A DNA stretch of 64,000 nucleotides, from positions 12,014 to 76,013 of the forward strand of contig DFFU01000008.1 in the NCBI GenBank assembly GCA_002372315.1. Direction: 5' to 3'. Below the pieces are notes generated by a model. It saw nothing but the letters and a program-made list of their open reading frames with translations. It ran no database searches and had not been told where the DNA came from. The translations under genes were made by a program, and so were the position numbers. Each line of letters starts with the position of its first letter. The first letter of the stretch is position 1. This stretch comes from Alphaproteobacteria bacterium UBA3768 (lineage in GTDB: Bacteria > Pseudomonadota > Alphaproteobacteria > CAAHEQ01 > UBA3637). This document shows, piece after piece, positions 1 through 10,282 of this stretch.

Positions 1-3000
1 GAGGATGCCCTTAAGAAAATGGTATTGGATGGTGTGAACATTAATGCACCCAATGCGTTTGGTGAAACAGCACTGTGTACCGTTTTGCGCCGACAAGATG
101 CACAAGGTTATAAAATGCTGTATGCGCAAGGTGCGACAGTTCACACGCCTTGTATTCGCCAGATTCCGCCTCCAACATTATCGTCATTTTATTTGTCTCA
201 CCCAGAGTTTGGTCGTTATGTCAATGGCCAAATATTGGTTCCTGACATGGCAATTCAAAGCCAAAGATCTTCATCTGGTTTTATAGGAGGAATTCCTTGG
301 CCTCATGTAGGGGAATTTGTTTTGGCTGGGGCAGCTGTTGGTATTGTGGCTTTGATTGGCTCTGGAGGAGGGGGTGGTGGTTCGACCCCAGTTCCTGGAT
401 ATGATTCTTCTTTATTTAAGCCCGTTGATACTGGTTTGAATTTGGATGATTTCCCATTCTTGGGTAGGTATTGGTTGGATACAACTGAAACATTTTCATC
501 AGCCAGTGCTTTTAATGAATACGCCCGAAAGTATTATGATGATTTGTCAAAGAATAATCCCGATTGGGATACCACAGATACTGCACGTGAATATAATAGT
601 TGGTATAATTGGAGCTCGTATCAAGTAGATTATGATTTATCTGATGCTTCAACATCTATAACATACCATTTGAAAAATCCGATTGCAATTTTGCCGATGG
701 TAAATGCGGCTTCAGCATGGGTGCGAGGTTATACTGGCTATGTTGTGGATCGTTCAGATGTCAACAATCCCAAAATTACCAATGATAAGGTTAAGGTTGC
801 TGTAATGGATACGGGGCTTGAGTGGGGGGCCTATGCGCACAACCAATTAAAGGCAAACATCAGTTCTACTCGATTAAATTTCGCATATGGTCCCTGTTCA
901 GTGAATAATAGTGAAAAATGTTGGGCATTTAATGAAACAACAGGTAAAGCCTATCTTACCTCAGGAACCGATCAGATTATAACAACAACTCCATCTTCTA
1001 CGTCTGTGGACATGGCCGAATTGGATGAAACAGGAGAGAAAAGTGCGCGTCAGTTATGGAATGAATATGCTGGACAGTATGCACCACAATGCAGTCCAAC
1101 TGTGACCACAAATTGTTTGCGGGTTGATACTACGACTTCGGAAACCGTTTATACAGCCACTTACTATCCCCAAGGCACTTATACAACGTCAACTACATCC
1201 GATGGTACGATTACGTATTCAATACGCGCTGAATTGTGGACAGAGTATAAAGCAAAGTATGGTGAAAAAGGGTATAAATATGATGAAAACGATTCAACCC
1301 CTGGACTTTTGGTGGATGATGATCTTTATTCCAGTGAAAATCATGGGACACATGTGGCGGGAGTTTTGGGGGCTGTTCAAGATGGATATGCTGTTTCAGG
1401 TGTTGCACCAAATGTTGAAATAATTCCTGTGCGTGCAGATTTTCAAATGAATCAGGTTATGAATCATTTAAAGGATGTCGTCGAAACGACAGATGCCCAA
1501 GTTATCAATTTATCTTTGGGATCAGAGATTCATTTGGGGCAAGAAGCATATGATTATTATAAAGAGATTACAGGTAAAACAATCTCAAGCAATAAAGATA
1601 TATGGGATGGATTTTTCTCATCAGATGTAAAGGCTGGATATCAGGCTGCCGCGGATAAAGGAACTGTTTTGGTATTTGCAGCAGGAAATGAATCTAGTAC
1701 CCAACCTTCAATTCACGTGGTTGCTCCTTTAGTGGGTGAAAGTGATGACAATAAAACAAACTATGCAAAAAGTATTTATAAAAATTTGTTGATTTCGGTT
1801 GTTGCATTGGACGAAAATAAAAAAATAGCAGAGTATTCCAATCGTTGTGGTCAAAGTTCCATGTACTGCTTGGCTGCGCCTGGTGGTTCCAAAGAAATGA
1901 TGGTGGCATCCACATCATTGGGCCAAGAGTATGCTTTAATGTCGGGAACCAGTCAAGCAACCCCTGTTATTACAGGTTCTGTGGCTTTGTTGATGGGGGC
2001 TTTCCCATTTTTAAAACCGCAAGAAGTGGTACAAATCTTATTTGAAACAGCCGATTATATTAAACCTGTTCAAGATGCAACATCTGAAATAGATGAAATT
2101 GCAGATTATAATAAGATGGCTTGGTTGGAAGCTGGACACGAAACAACAGATGATATGCCAGATACTTTTAATCCATATGCAGATAACACAGAGGAAGGTA
2201 AATACAATGCTATTTATGGGCATGGTTTGGTCAATTTGGATAAGGCGACAGACCCAATTGGTGTTCCTAAAATCAGCTTTGATACAGTGGCTTCTTCGCC
2301 TTTGGCAATGGATGCGTCTTTGACGTCTGTGAATGTGCCGATATCTCTTTCACGATTAAAATCAGCTTTACCACAAAATATAGTGGTGTTGGATAAATAT
2401 TCACGTCCCTATGCAATGCCCACAACGCGTTTTGTCAATTCTGAAAAACGTTCGGATGCCTTAAAGCGTTCTTTCCATTCCTTTATGGCGATGGATGAAA
2501 AAGTAGTACAAGCCAATGATCATTTGTCATTTGGTTTTACATCGGCACCTTCTGATTCAACAGGCTTACCAGCAGGGGCGATGACGATGCAAATGAAGCC
2601 ATCTAAAGATATGCAAATTCGTATGGGATATACCCAAGATACTCAGTCATTTGGAGGAAATTATTCCGAACGTATTGTTCAAAATCCATTTATGAATATG
2701 CGCCAAGCATGGGGAAGTGATGTGGCCTATCGTGTGGCGGGTAATTGGTCTTTGACAGGGGGACTCCAATACGGTCAAAATGGCTTTATTGATTCAGAGG
2801 TATTGGATAAAATGTCTGATAAACCGATGGTGAGTGTTGTAAAAACAGGTGTGCGCTATGCACCTAAGAAATCCTTTGTTTTTGATATGTCTTTTGGACA
2901 AATGAATGAAGAAGAATCTTTGTTGGGATTGCGTGGTGCTGGTGCCTTTGAAACAGATGGAAATAAGACAAAGTTCATTTCTTTTGGTGCAACAATTTTA

Positions 3001-3426
3001 CCTTTTGATAAGTGGCAACTATCTGCTTCCTATACTTATGGAATGACACAAGCCAATGCCGCGCAAACGCTGATGAAGTTTTCTCGGTTGACATCTGATG
3101 CATTTGCTTTTGCCGCCCTATATCGTCCCGATGAAACGAAAACATATGGATTTAAAGTGGTTTCGCCATTGCGCGTACGTTCTGGTACTGTTACATTTAA
3201 TTTACCAACTGCGCGTGATATGTATGCGGATCGGTTATATCGTACACAATTTACTGCTGATATGAAACCAGATGCGCGTGAATACGATTTATCTTTGTTC
3301 TTTATGAATCAGTTGAAATCTGACCTGTATGTGGCGGGCGAAGCAGGTGTGCGCTTGCATCCCGAACATCAAAAAGAAGCCAAGCCAGATTGGCGTGGAT
3401 TATTTAACCTAAAATATAACTATTAG
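1..3426 (+). CDS. Subtilisin-like (peptidase S8) serine protease with C-terminal autotransporter beta-domain; 5' end lies upstream of the window; N-terminal ankyrin-like repeat
   Basis: Open frame runs from nt 1 with no stop. Catalytic triad motifs VAVMDTG (Asp), HGTHVAG (His) and GTSQATPVITG (Ser) are in subtilase order. The last ~300 aa are beta-strand rich with alternating aromatic residues and end in ...LFNLKYNY, typical of an autotransporter barrel. The N-terminal segment GETALCTVL..GATVHT resembles an ANK repeat. A hydrophobic plus Gly-rich stretch (FVLAGAAVGIVALIGSGGGGGG) follows. Confidence 0.7.
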   Translation, partial: EDALKKMVLDGVNINAPNAFGETALCTVLRRQDAQGYKMLYAQGATVHTPCIRQIPPPTLSSFYLSHPEFGRYVNGQILVPDMAIQSQRSSSGFIGGIPWPHVGEFVLAGAAVGIVALIGSGGGGGGSTPVPGYDSSLFKPVDTGLNLDDFPFLGRYWLDTTETFSSASAFNEYARKYYDDLSKNNPDWDTTDTAREYNSWYNWSSYQVDYDLSDASTSITYHLKNPIAILPMVNAASAWVRGYTGYVVDRSDVNNPKITNDKVKVAVMDTGLEWGAYAHNQLKANISSTRLNFAYGPCSVNNSEKCWAFNETTGKAYLTSGTDQIITTTPSSTSVDMAELDETGEKSARQLWNEYAGQYAPQCSPTVTTNCLRVDTTTSETVYTATYYPQGTYTTSTTSDGTITYSIRAELWTEYKAKYGEKGYKYDENDSTPGLLVDDDLYSSENHGTHVAGVLGAVQDGYAVSGVAPNVEIIPVRADFQMNQVMNHLKDVVETTDAQVINLSLGSEIHLGQEAYDYYKEITGKTISSNKDIWDGFFSSDVKAGYQAAADKGTVLVFAAGNESSTQPSIHVVAPLVGESDDNKTNYAKSIYKNLLISVVALDENKKIAEYSNRCGQSSMYCLAAPGGSKEMMVASTSLGQEYALMSGTSQATPVITGSVALLMGAFPFLKPQEVVQILFETADYIKPVQDATSEIDEIADYNKMAWLEAGHETTDDMPDTFNPYADNTEEGKYNAIYGHGLVNLDKATDPIGVPKISFDTVASSPLAMDASLTSVNVPISLSRLKSALPQNIVVLDKYSRPYAMPTTRFVNSEKRSDALKRSFHSFMAMDEKVVQANDHLSFGFTSAPSDSTGLPAGAMTMQMKPSKDMQIRMGYTQDTQSFGGNYSERIVQNPFMNMRQAWGSDVAYRVAGNWSLTGGLQYGQNGFIDSEVLDKMSDKPMVSVVKTGVRYAPKKSFVFDMSFGQMNEEESLLGLRGAGAFETDGNKTKFISFGATILPFDKWQLSASYTYGMTQANAAQTLMKFSRLTSDAFAFAALYRPDETKTYGFKVVSPLRVRSGTVTFNLPTARDMYADRLYRTQFTADMKPDAREYDLSLFFMNQLKSDLYVAGEAGVRLHPEHQKEAKPDWRGLFNLKYNY

Positions 3427-3641
3427 GGAAGGGGATCATAGCCGCCTTTTGCCAGAGGGTGACAACGACTGATTCTTTTGATTGTCAACCATGTTCCTTT
3501 GAAAAAACCATATTTTCTAAATGCTTGTCGTGCATATTCTGAACATGTCGGTTGAAAACGACAACAACCTCCAACTAAAGATGAAAATGTGAGTTGATAA
3601 AAGCGTACTAAATAATCAGCCATTTTTCTTAATGGATTCAT
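3423..3641 (-). CDS. yidD: Membrane protein insertion efficiency factor YidD
   Basis: 72 aa with the hallmark CRFQPTCSEYA...ISRCHP motif. Lies downstream of rnpA in the conserved rpmH-rnpA-yidD order. Start could alternatively be the ATG at 3623. Confidence 0.85.
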   Translation of the reverse strand: MNPLRKMADYLVRFYQLTFSSLVGGCCRFQPTCSEYARQAFRKYGFFKGTWLTIKRISRCHPLAKGGYDPLP

Positions 3642-3981
3642 TGGAAAAATCCTTAACGTGAGTTAATAAATACTCAAAATCTTGTGCCAACTGCTGATAA
3701 GTACGGTTCAGAGCCTCTTCTTTGGCAATCAAAATTAAATCATGGCTGGGATAAAGTTTTATTAATTTAGGGGATAGACGCACTATTTCCCGCATTTGTC
3801 GGCGTAGGCGATTCCGTATTACAGCATGCTTTGCAATTCTTTTAGAAACGGTAAATCCAACACGAGTTGTGTTTTTTGTATTGCAGCGGATCTGCAATAC
3901 AAAACTGTGCGTAAAGGCTTTAGTATTCGTATCCTTCATCTCAACAAAATCAAAGTGTCTTTTAATTCGTTCTAATACCAT
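3616..3981 (-). CDS. rnpA: Ribonuclease P protein component
   Basis: 121 aa basic protein with an RNase P protein-like core (VGFTVSKRIAKHAVIRNRLRR). Immediately downstream of rpmH. Confidence 0.85.
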   Translation of the reverse strand: MVLERIKRHFDFVEMKDTNTKAFTHSFVLQIRCNTKNTTRVGFTVSKRIAKHAVIRNRLRRQMREIVRLSPKLIKLYPSHDLILIAKEEALNRTYQQLAQDFEYLLTHVKDFSNESIKKNG

Positions 3982-4052
3982 CTTTTTTCCAAAATAAAAG
4001 CACCCTTAAAATTTTTAGGTGCTTTGTAAACTAAATAGCTCAACCATTTTTT

Positions 4053-4190
4053 TTAGGCGCTCAGTACTTTGCGACCTTTAGCACGACGAGCATTCAAAAC
4101 TTTTTGACCTCCACGTGTTTCCATACGGGCACGAAAGCCATGACGACGTGTGCGAACCAATTTACTGGGTTGATATGTGCGTTTAACCAT
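4053..4190 (-). CDS. rpmH: 50S ribosomal protein L34
   Basis: Not in the ORF track because it is shorter than 60 aa. The reverse-strand translation [45 protein letters not shown] is a canonical L34 sequence. Confidence 0.9.
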   Translation of the reverse strand: MVKRTYQPSKLVRTRRHGFRARMETRGGQKVLNARRAKGRKVLSA

Positions 4191-4335
4191 TTTTAACTCC
4201 TTTTAAGAAAATAATGGCGCAATTATAACGTATTTTTTGACTTCTGTCAAGAAAAAAATCTTGCTTTTTTAATGAATTTTTGGCATAATAAAACCCTATT
4301 TGTTTATTTAATAGAAACAACAGAAAGGTAAGAAA

Positions 4336-7300
4336 ATGACTGATAAACAAAAATACTATCCTGATTTGAATCCTAAAATGAACTTTTCCAAGATGGAAGA
4401 AGATATTTTACGTATTTGGGATGACAATAAAATTTTTGAATCAGTCAAAGATAAACGCAAAAATGGGGATGAATTCGTGTTTTACGATGGCCCTCCATTT
4501 GCAAACGGTCAACCTCACTACGGTCACATTTTTATTTCTTTTGTGAAAGATACAGTAGCGCGTTTTCAAACCATGTTGGGCAAAAAAGTAGAACGTCCCT
4601 TTGGATGGGATTGCCACGGATTGCCAGCCGAAATGAATGCGGAAAAGGCGTTGGGTATTTCGGGGCATAAAGCCATTCATGAATATGGTGTGGATAGGTT
4701 TAATAACTTTTGTAAAGAATCCGTTTTAAAGTATTCGGGTGATTTTGTGAATTTGTTTCATCGTTTGGGGCGTTGGATTGATCCTGCTTTGGAATATCGG
4801 ACCATGGATTTGCCCTTTATGGAATCGGTGATTCATAATTTTAAAGAATTGTATGATAAAGGCCTTATTTATCAAGATTATCGTGTGCAACCTTATTCTT
4901 GGGCAGCACAAACGGTTCTTTCCAACTTTGAAGTCAATCAACCGGGATGTTATCGTGATAAAGTGGATACGGCGATTACAGTGATGTTTAAATTGGAAAA
5001 TGGCATGCATTTATTGGTGTGGACAACAACCCCATGGACATTGTTTTCCAACCAAATGATCGCGGTTGGTGCCGATATTGATTATGCCGTGATGGAAGAA
5101 AATGGGCAAAAATATGTATTGGCTGTGTCACTTTTGGGGCGTTATAAAAAACAATTGGAAAATGCCACTCAAGTCGCAACGATAAAGGGCTCAGAATTGG
5201 TGGGTATGTCTTATGAGCCTATGTTTCCACACTTTGCTTCATTAAAAGAAAAAGGCTGTTTTAAAATATTGTCGGGCGATTTTGTATCTACCGAAGATGG
5301 TACAGGTATGGTGCATATTGCGCCGGGCTTTGGTGCAGATGACTTTGAAGTGTGCCGTCAATATGATGCGCATTTCCCCATTGTATGTCCGGTGGATGAA
5401 GCGGGTTGCTTTACGGCTGAAGTCCCAGAGGTTCAAGGAAAACAAGTTTTTGATGCTAATGAATATGTGCTCAATTACCTAAAAGAAAATCATTTACTGG
5501 TTAAAAAAGAACAAATCACGCATACCTATCCTTATTGTTGGCGTACAGATACCCCGTTGATTTATAAAGCCATGTCAGGTTGGTTTGTGGATGTGCCTAA
5601 ATTCCGTGATGAATTGTGTCAACTGAATCAAACGATTACTTGGACACCTGAACATATTAAAGATGGACGTTTTGGTAAGTGGTTAGAGGGGGCTCGCGAA
5701 TGGTCCATTTCCAGAACTAGGTTTTGGGGTGCACCCATTCCTGTGTGGCAATCGGATAATCCGAAATATTCACGTACAGACGTGTTTGGATCAGTGGCTG
5801 AAATTGAAGAAAAAACAGGTTGTAAAGTAACGGATTTACATCGTCCCTACATTGATGAAGTGGTTTATCCTAACCCCGATGATCCAACAGGAAAGTCTAT
5901 GATGCGTCGTGTGCCGGACGTCTTTGATTGTTGGTTTGAATCGGGTTCTATGCCAGAGGGTCAAATTCATTATCCATTTGAGAAAAAAGATTGGTTTAAA
6001 AATCATTTTCCAGCTGATTTCATTATGGAAGCAGTGGATCAAACACGTGGCTGGTTCTATTCATTACATGTGTTGGGAACAGCCTTGCATCATAAACCTG
6101 CCTTTAAATATTGTATGGTGTCGGGGCATGTGATGGCCGAAGGTGGTGTTAAGATGTCCAAAAAATTGGGCAACTATCCTGATCCGTATATTATTTTGAA
6201 CAATTCAGGTTCAGATGCCATGCGCTGGTTTTTGGAATCTTCATCCATTATGCATGGTGGTAATGTGTGCATGGATTATGAAGGGAAAGAGGTTGCTAAA
6301 GCGATGCGTCAGTCATTGATGCCACTTTGGAATGCTTATTATTTCTTCTGTTTGTATGCCAATGCGGAAGGCATTAAGGCCAAAGAAATTACCAATTCAG
6401 AGGATGTGTTGGATAAATATATTTTGGCTAAACTTAAAGATTTGGTTCAATCCGTGCATAAAAATATGCTGAACTATGATATCCCTGAGGCAACAACAGC
6501 CTTTACTGACTTTTTGGATATTTTGAACAATTGGTATATTCGTCGTTCACGTGAACGTTTTTGGGATGGGACAGATACCTCAGCTTTTGATACACTTTAT
6601 ACCGTTTTGGTTACCTTGTCCAAGGCGATGGCACCTTTGGCACCATTTATGACGGATTACGTGTATCGTGGTTTGACGGGGGAAGAATCTGTGCATTTGG
6701 CGGGTTGGCCAAACGTGGAAAATTTACCTGATGAAAAAGAATTGATTGGACAAATGGATTTGGTACGGATGGTGGCTTCCACAGCCAAAGCAATTCGTGA
6801 AGAAAATCATTTGCGCAATCGTTTGCCGTTATCCAGCATGACCATTGCGGGCGAAAAGGCCGAAACTTTGGCAAACTTTAAAGAAATGCTCAAAGATGAA
6901 ATCAATGTGAAAGACGTTGTTTTAAATACAGATGTATCAACTGTGGCGGATAAGTTCTTGTACCTAAAAACTCCTCTTATTGGTAAACGTTTAGGGAAGT
7001 TTATGGGTGCAATTATGGCAGCCAATAAGCAAAATCAGTGGTCTTTGAATACAGATGGTACTTTAGCTATTGGTGGGCAAACTTTGAATGCGGATGAATT
7101 TGAATTGCGCTTGTCTATGAAGGAAGGATTTAAAGGTCAGCCTTTGCCTGATAATACTGCGGTAGTTCAATTGGATTTAACAATTCATCCAGAATTGGCG
7201 CGTGAAGGTATTGCACGCGATTTTGTGCGTATGGTTCAGCAAATGCGTAAAGATAAAGACTTGGATGTGTCTGATCGGATTACTTTGGTGTGGATGAGTG

Positions 7301-7449
7301 AATCGGAAGAAGTAAAACAAGCCTTGGCGGAACATAAAACCTATATCGCTGAACAGGTTTTGGCAACCAGTTTTACTGAATCCACGAATTCTGGTAAAAC
7401 CGAAGAGTTGGGCGATAGCACAATTACTTTTGATATTCAAAAAGCCTAA
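4336..7449 (+). CDS. ileS: Isoleucine--tRNA ligase (no C-terminal zinc-finger, so type-2-like)
   Basis: 1037 aa. HIGH-region PPFANGQPHYGH, the IleRS-specific GWDCHGLP and WTTTPWTL motifs, and KMSKKLGN (KMSKS). RBS AAAGG lies upstream of the ATG. Confidence 0.9.
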   Translation: MTDKQKYYPDLNPKMNFSKMEEDILRIWDDNKIFESVKDKRKNGDEFVFYDGPPFANGQPHYGHIFISFVKDTVARFQTMLGKKVERPFGWDCHGLPAEMNAEKALGISGHKAIHEYGVDRFNNFCKESVLKYSGDFVNLFHRLGRWIDPALEYRTMDLPFMESVIHNFKELYDKGLIYQDYRVQPYSWAAQTVLSNFEVNQPGCYRDKVDTAITVMFKLENGMHLLVWTTTPWTLFSNQMIAVGADIDYAVMEENGQKYVLAVSLLGRYKKQLENATQVATIKGSELVGMSYEPMFPHFASLKEKGCFKILSGDFVSTEDGTGMVHIAPGFGADDFEVCRQYDAHFPIVCPVDEAGCFTAEVPEVQGKQVFDANEYVLNYLKENHLLVKKEQITHTYPYCWRTDTPLIYKAMSGWFVDVPKFRDELCQLNQTITWTPEHIKDGRFGKWLEGAREWSISRTRFWGAPIPVWQSDNPKYSRTDVFGSVAEIEEKTGCKVTDLHRPYIDEVVYPNPDDPTGKSMMRRVPDVFDCWFESGSMPEGQIHYPFEKKDWFKNHFPADFIMEAVDQTRGWFYSLHVLGTALHHKPAFKYCMVSGHVMAEGGVKMSKKLGNYPDPYIILNNSGSDAMRWFLESSSIMHGGNVCMDYEGKEVAKAMRQSLMPLWNAYYFFCLYANAEGIKAKEITNSEDVLDKYILAKLKDLVQSVHKNMLNYDIPEATTAFTDFLDILNNWYIRRSRERFWDGTDTSAFDTLYTVLVTLSKAMAPLAPFMTDYVYRGLTGEESVHLAGWPNVENLPDEKELIGQMDLVRMVASTAKAIREENHLRNRLPLSSMTIAGEKAETLANFKEMLKDEINVKDVVLNTDVSTVADKFLYLKTPLIGKRLGKFMGAIMAANKQNQWSLNTDGTLAIGGQTLNADEFELRLSMKEGFKGQPLPDNTAVVQLDLTIHPELAREGIARDFVRMVQQMRKDKDLDVSDRITLVWMSESEEVKQALAEHKTYIAEQVLATSFTESTNSGKTEELGDSTITFDIQKA

Positions 7450-7506
7450 TTGTCTATTGACATTTTTTGAATTTGCCTTATCTTTTTTTTAAAAAAGGAG
7501 GAGACC

Positions 7507-8049
7507 ATGGCAAACATTTTAATTATCAATGGACATCAAAAGACACCCTTTGCTTCGGGACGCTTAAATCGTACTTTGGCATCAGAGATGAAAAAGTTTT
7601 TATCCCAAAATCATTATGTCAAAATGACCACGGTTGAAAAAGGATATGATCCCCAAAAAGAACAAAAAAAATTTATGTGGGCGGATACCATTATTTTTCA
7701 ATTTCCTGTTTATTGGTTTGGGGCGCCCGCTATTTTAAAGCAATATATGCAGGATGTTTATGCCTATGGTATTTTTTATCAAACATCCAATGGTGGTTAT
7801 GGCCAAGGCGGATTATTAAAAGGTAAAACCTATATGCTTTCCACCACATGGAATGCGCCCAAAGAGGCTTTTGGCAAATTTTTACCTACGATAGATGAAG
7901 CGCTTGTCGCCATGCATCAAGCTCAAAGTTTTGTGGGTATGACAGCTTTGCCCAGTTTTTCATGTCATAATGTCATCAAAAATCCTCAGGTGGACAGATA
8001 TTTATCTGATTTAAAAAAACATTTAAAACATACGTTTAAATCCCAGTAA
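7507..8049 (+). CDS. mdaB: NADPH:quinone oxidoreductase MdaB (flavodoxin-like fold)
   Basis: 180 aa. Near-collinear similarity to MdaB (MANILIINGH..., FQFPVYWFGAPAILKQYMQDV, GGLLKGKTYMLSTTWNAP). Strong RBS AAAGGAGGAG. Confidence 0.75.
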   Translation: MANILIINGHQKTPFASGRLNRTLASEMKKFLSQNHYVKMTTVEKGYDPQKEQKKFMWADTIIFQFPVYWFGAPAILKQYMQDVYAYGIFYQTSNGGYGQGGLLKGKTYMLSTTWNAPKEAFGKFLPTIDEALVAMHQAQSFVGMTALPSFSCHNVIKNPQVDRYLSDLKKHLKHTFKSQ

Positions 8050-8318
8050 AGGTTACTATAAATTGACAGTTTCATCTTTATGGTGTGTAATCCTAAACGC
8101 AAGTAACTGGCTACAAAATTTAAAATAGCCAGAACAGAAAGAGATCAATTTGAAAATCATTTTTCTATGAGAGTTTTTATAAACGAAAAACGAGCACAAA
8201 TAGAAGCGAGCATAAGGAAAAAATAGCCTCTCATTTACGTTAGCTGGAATATGTTTATTTTCTTTTGCATTTTCTTTGATTTTTGGCTATAATACTTCTG
8301 AAATTAAAGGAGAAAAAT

Positions 8319-9233
8319 ATGACATATCTTTTATTGGCCTTAGGGTTATTTTTATTGTTTATTGGTGGTGATTGGTTAGTGGCGGGGTCTGTCGCAGTTG
8401 CGCGCCGGTTAAAAGTTTCCCCTTTGTTGATTGGCCTTACCTTAGTGGGTTTTGGCACTTCCACCCCCGAATTGGTGACCAGCCTGTTGGCAACCTATAA
8501 AGGCTCAGAGGGTATTGCTGTCGGGAATGTTGTGGGTTCCAATATTGCCAATATCTTATTGGTCTTGGGCGTGGCGGCGCTTTTGAATCCTGTTCAAGTA
8601 AAGGGAAAATCCTTCAAGCGTGATGCCGCTTTTTTGGCTTTTTCTACACTTGTGTTGGTGGGGGCTTCCGCCTTTGGTACCATTGGTCATTTACTGGGCG
8701 TGGTGATGGTTGGCGCACTTATTTTCTACGTGATTTATTCCTATAAGACTGAAAAGGAAATTTCAGAGGATAAAGAAAAACCAGCTCCACTTGTCAGTTC
8801 TTTGATACGTACAATTGTGGGGATTTTATTGACGCTTTTGGGGGCAAAATTATTGGTGGATAATTCGGTTGAATTGGCACGTGCTTGGGGTATTTCTGAA
8901 TCTGTCATAGGTTTGACTATCGTGGCAGTGGGAACCAGTTTGCCAGAACTGGCAACCTCCATTATGTCTGCCATTAAAAAGCACAATGATGTTGCCTTTG
9001 GGAACGTGGTTGGCTCAAACATTTATAACGCTTTATTCATTTTGGGGGCGACCGCTTTGTTTATGCCTGTTCAAATCCCCTTAGGGATGGGGTTTGATTT
9101 AGGGATCATGACTGCGGTTACTGCCTTGATGATAGGGATAGCCTTTGGTTTAAAAAGATATTCACGCGCTACGGGGGCTTGTTTTTTAATTCTATATGCA
9201 ATTTATATTGCCCATTTAGGGGGTGTTTTATGA
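8319..9233 (+). CDS. Ca2+/Na+ antiporter, CaCA (YrbG) family
   Basis: Multi-pass membrane protein with the two alpha-repeat signatures GNVVGSNIANILLVLG and GNVVGSNIYNALFILG. The track ORF begins at an in-frame TTG (8283); the ATG at 8319 has an AAGGAG RBS 8 nt upstream. Confidence 0.8.
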   Translation: MTYLLLALGLFLLFIGGDWLVAGSVAVARRLKVSPLLIGLTLVGFGTSTPELVTSLLATYKGSEGIAVGNVVGSNIANILLVLGVAALLNPVQVKGKSFKRDAAFLAFSTLVLVGASAFGTIGHLLGVVMVGALIFYVIYSYKTEKEISEDKEKPAPLVSSLIRTIVGILLTLLGAKLLVDNSVELARAWGISESVIGLTIVAVGTSLPELATSIMSAIKKHNDVAFGNVVGSNIYNALFILGATALFMPVQIPLGMGFDLGIMTAVTALMIGIAFGLKRYSRATGACFLILYAIYIAHLGGVL

Positions 9234-10282
9234 AAATAGCGGTTGGCTTATCAGGTGGTGTTGATTCCACTTTAACGGCACTTCTGTTAAAGGAGCAGGG
9301 GCACGAAGTCGTCGGTATTTCCATGCTGATTTATAACAAAGACTTGCCTGCACCACAACATATGATGAAGGATGCCTGCTATGGTCCTGCTGAAAAACAA
9401 GATATACGGGATATTCATGCTTGGTGTGAAGAAAATGGGATTCAGCATTATTCTTTTGATTTGTCCGAAGAATTTAAAAAAACGGTTTTGGCGTATTTTA
9501 AGAAAACTTATTTATCGGGGCAAACGCCGAACCCTTGTGTGCATTGTAATACCGAAATGAAGTTTGGCCTGTTGGGCAAGATGGCCGAAAAATCAGGCCT
9601 TTCCTTTGATGCTTTTGCGACGGGTCATTATGCGCGAATTGCCGAAAAAGGGGGCACTTTTTACCTGCAACGTGGGGTAGATCCCAAAAAAGATCAGAGC
9701 TACTTTTTGTATCGTTTGACCCCAGAGCAACTCTCTCACACAATGTTTCCTTTGGGGAATTTTACTAAGGCTGAAGTGCGTGAAATGGCGCGCGCTCGGG
9801 GACTGGTGCAGGCTGAAAAAAATGATTCGCAGGATTTTTATGCAGGCGATTATACGGACCTTTTGAATCGTGCACCAGAGCAAGGTAAAATCATTCTGAC
9901 AAATGGCCAAGTTTTGGGTAAGCACATGGGCTTTTGGAACTATACAATTGGCCAAAGAAAAGGCCTCGGGATTGCTTATCCGAAACCCTTATATGTCGTG
10001 GCGCTGGATGCGGACCAAAACGCTGTCATTGTTGGCACTGAGGAAAGTTTATTGTCGGATTCTTGTCATTTGAATGAGTGTATTTGGCACCAAGGATTTC
10101 CAAAAGGTGAAGTAATGGTTAAGTATCGTTCCACTGGCCAATTGGTTCCTGCTTCATTGCAACAAACATCTGATGGCGCTACGATTAAATTCAATGAATC
10201 ACAACGCGCTTTAACCCCGGGTCAATCCGCTGTTGTTTATAAGGATGATCTTGTTTTGGGTGGTGGAATCATTCAAAAATAG
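9230..10282 (+). CDS. mnmA: tRNA-specific 2-thiouridylase MnmA
   Basis: PP-loop motif IAVGLSGGVDS at the N-terminus and MnmA-like architecture. Start ATG at 9230 overlaps the antiporter stop. Confidence 0.9.
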   Translation: MKIAVGLSGGVDSTLTALLLKEQGHEVVGISMLIYNKDLPAPQHMMKDACYGPAEKQDIRDIHAWCEENGIQHYSFDLSEEFKKTVLAYFKKTYLSGQTPNPCVHCNTEMKFGLLGKMAEKSGLSFDAFATGHYARIAEKGGTFYLQRGVDPKKDQSYFLYRLTPEQLSHTMFPLGNFTKAEVREMARARGLVQAEKNDSQDFYAGDYTDLLNRAPEQGKIILTNGQVLGKHMGFWNYTIGQRKGLGIAYPKPLYVVALDADQNAVIVGTEESLLSDSCHLNECIWHQGFPKGEVMVKYRSTGQLVPASLQQTSDGATIKFNESQRALTPGQSAVVYKDDLVLGGGIIQK

